Shown here: piece after piece, positions 63,234 through 64,000 of the stretch
How the letters are laid out: each line of letters starts with the position of its first letter
How positions within the stretch are numbered: the first letter of the stretch is position 1
Assembly: GCF_964355755.1 (NCBI RefSeq)
Contig: NC_092674.1
Coordinates: forward strand, 27,404,001 to 27,468,000
Direction of reading: 5' to 3'
Length of the DNA: 64,000 nt
DNA from: Antedon mediterranea
Taxonomy: Eukaryota; Animalia; Echinodermata
Made by a program: the position numbers and the translations under genes
Notes under the pieces: model-generated
Database searches by the model: none
What the model was told of the DNA's origin: nothing
The model's input: only the letters and a program-made list of their open reading frames with translations

Positions 63234-63578
63234 AGATGTATTGTCCCCACAAAAACATGAAAAAAGAAGATTAATTAAATTAGACTTTGAATAGTTTATT
63301 TTGTAGTTTTAATAAAGTTAATCACTTATGTAGAAAAAAAAACGATGAAGAAAAATGTTTTCACTTATAAAATAACATGATAAATGGTTAAATTCAACCA
63401 AAAATCTATTGGCTGGCAGCCAATTTGACCATTTTTTGCCTTAAATTACATTTTTTTCAGGTAAATAAATTTTGTTTCGATCTAATTGTTGGTCAAAGTG
63501 GATAACTATTATGTGAAATTAAAATTTCATATTCAACAAAAAAAAAAAAAATTTTTTTTTCAGGGGGACAATACATCT
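63234..63578. mobile_element. MITE family G (TTAA TSD, AG termini; Kolobok-like)
   Basis: TTAA|AGATGTATTGTCCCC...GGGGACAATACATCT|TTAA. Confidence 0.87.
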
Positions 63579-64000
63579 TTAACAAATGCATTAATGCTAC
63601 CTGTAACTCACTTGAATTTCACCTCGCTACATTTGTTTACGTTTTTTTACGGGTAACTGACTTATTCAATTATATATAAATATAAGTAAATACTTTTTGA
63701 ATAAAAAAATAAATAAAGTTGCTCGACGGATAAAATTAAGCTATACCACACGCAACCAAAGGACATTAACTTCTTTTAGAGGAAAAAAGTTTTACATGTT
63801 TAAGATAATACCACAAAGTGAACGTGTAATCCAGAAAAGACGTACCGGAAAACATATTAAACTGAGCTAACATAATATTTACAAATCGCAATAAATCATT
63901 TCATTAAAAAAAATAAAGATTAAGTTTGGTGTAATTAAACCACAAAACGGAAACAAACATCTTTAAAAAAGTAAGCACATATTCAACATAAAATACATAC

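Overview
AT-rich animal genomic DNA, most likely a marine invertebrate and plausibly an echinoderm (inferred from the GPCR type and SINE families, not proven). Only two credible protein-coding regions are present. Both are intronless rhodopsin-class (class A) GPCR paralogs on the minus strand: one complete (33252-34370) and one running off the left edge (<1-622, missed by the ORF track). The rest is a dense mosaic of non-autonomous DNA transposons: several TWA-target PIF/Harbinger-type MITE families, a 2.35 kb Harbinger-like element with decayed MADF and BESS-like exons, a TTAA-target piggyBac-type MITE, TTAA/AG Kolobok-like MITEs, and Helentron/DINE-like elements. There are also three tRNA-derived SINE families (CORE-like, Deu-domain-like, and one unassigned), LINE tails, minisatellites and local tandem duplications. 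Most notable observations: a complete type-I hammerhead-ribozyme fold with a variant core at 1043-1106; two tiny CATGGA...TCCATG palindromes with 7-bp target duplications resembling P-element excision footprints; a MITE-derived satellite; a MITE cluster upstream of the complete GPCR; and strong over-representation of TAGGCCTA. Superfamily assignments rest on TIR/TSD patterns read by eye; no database search was run.
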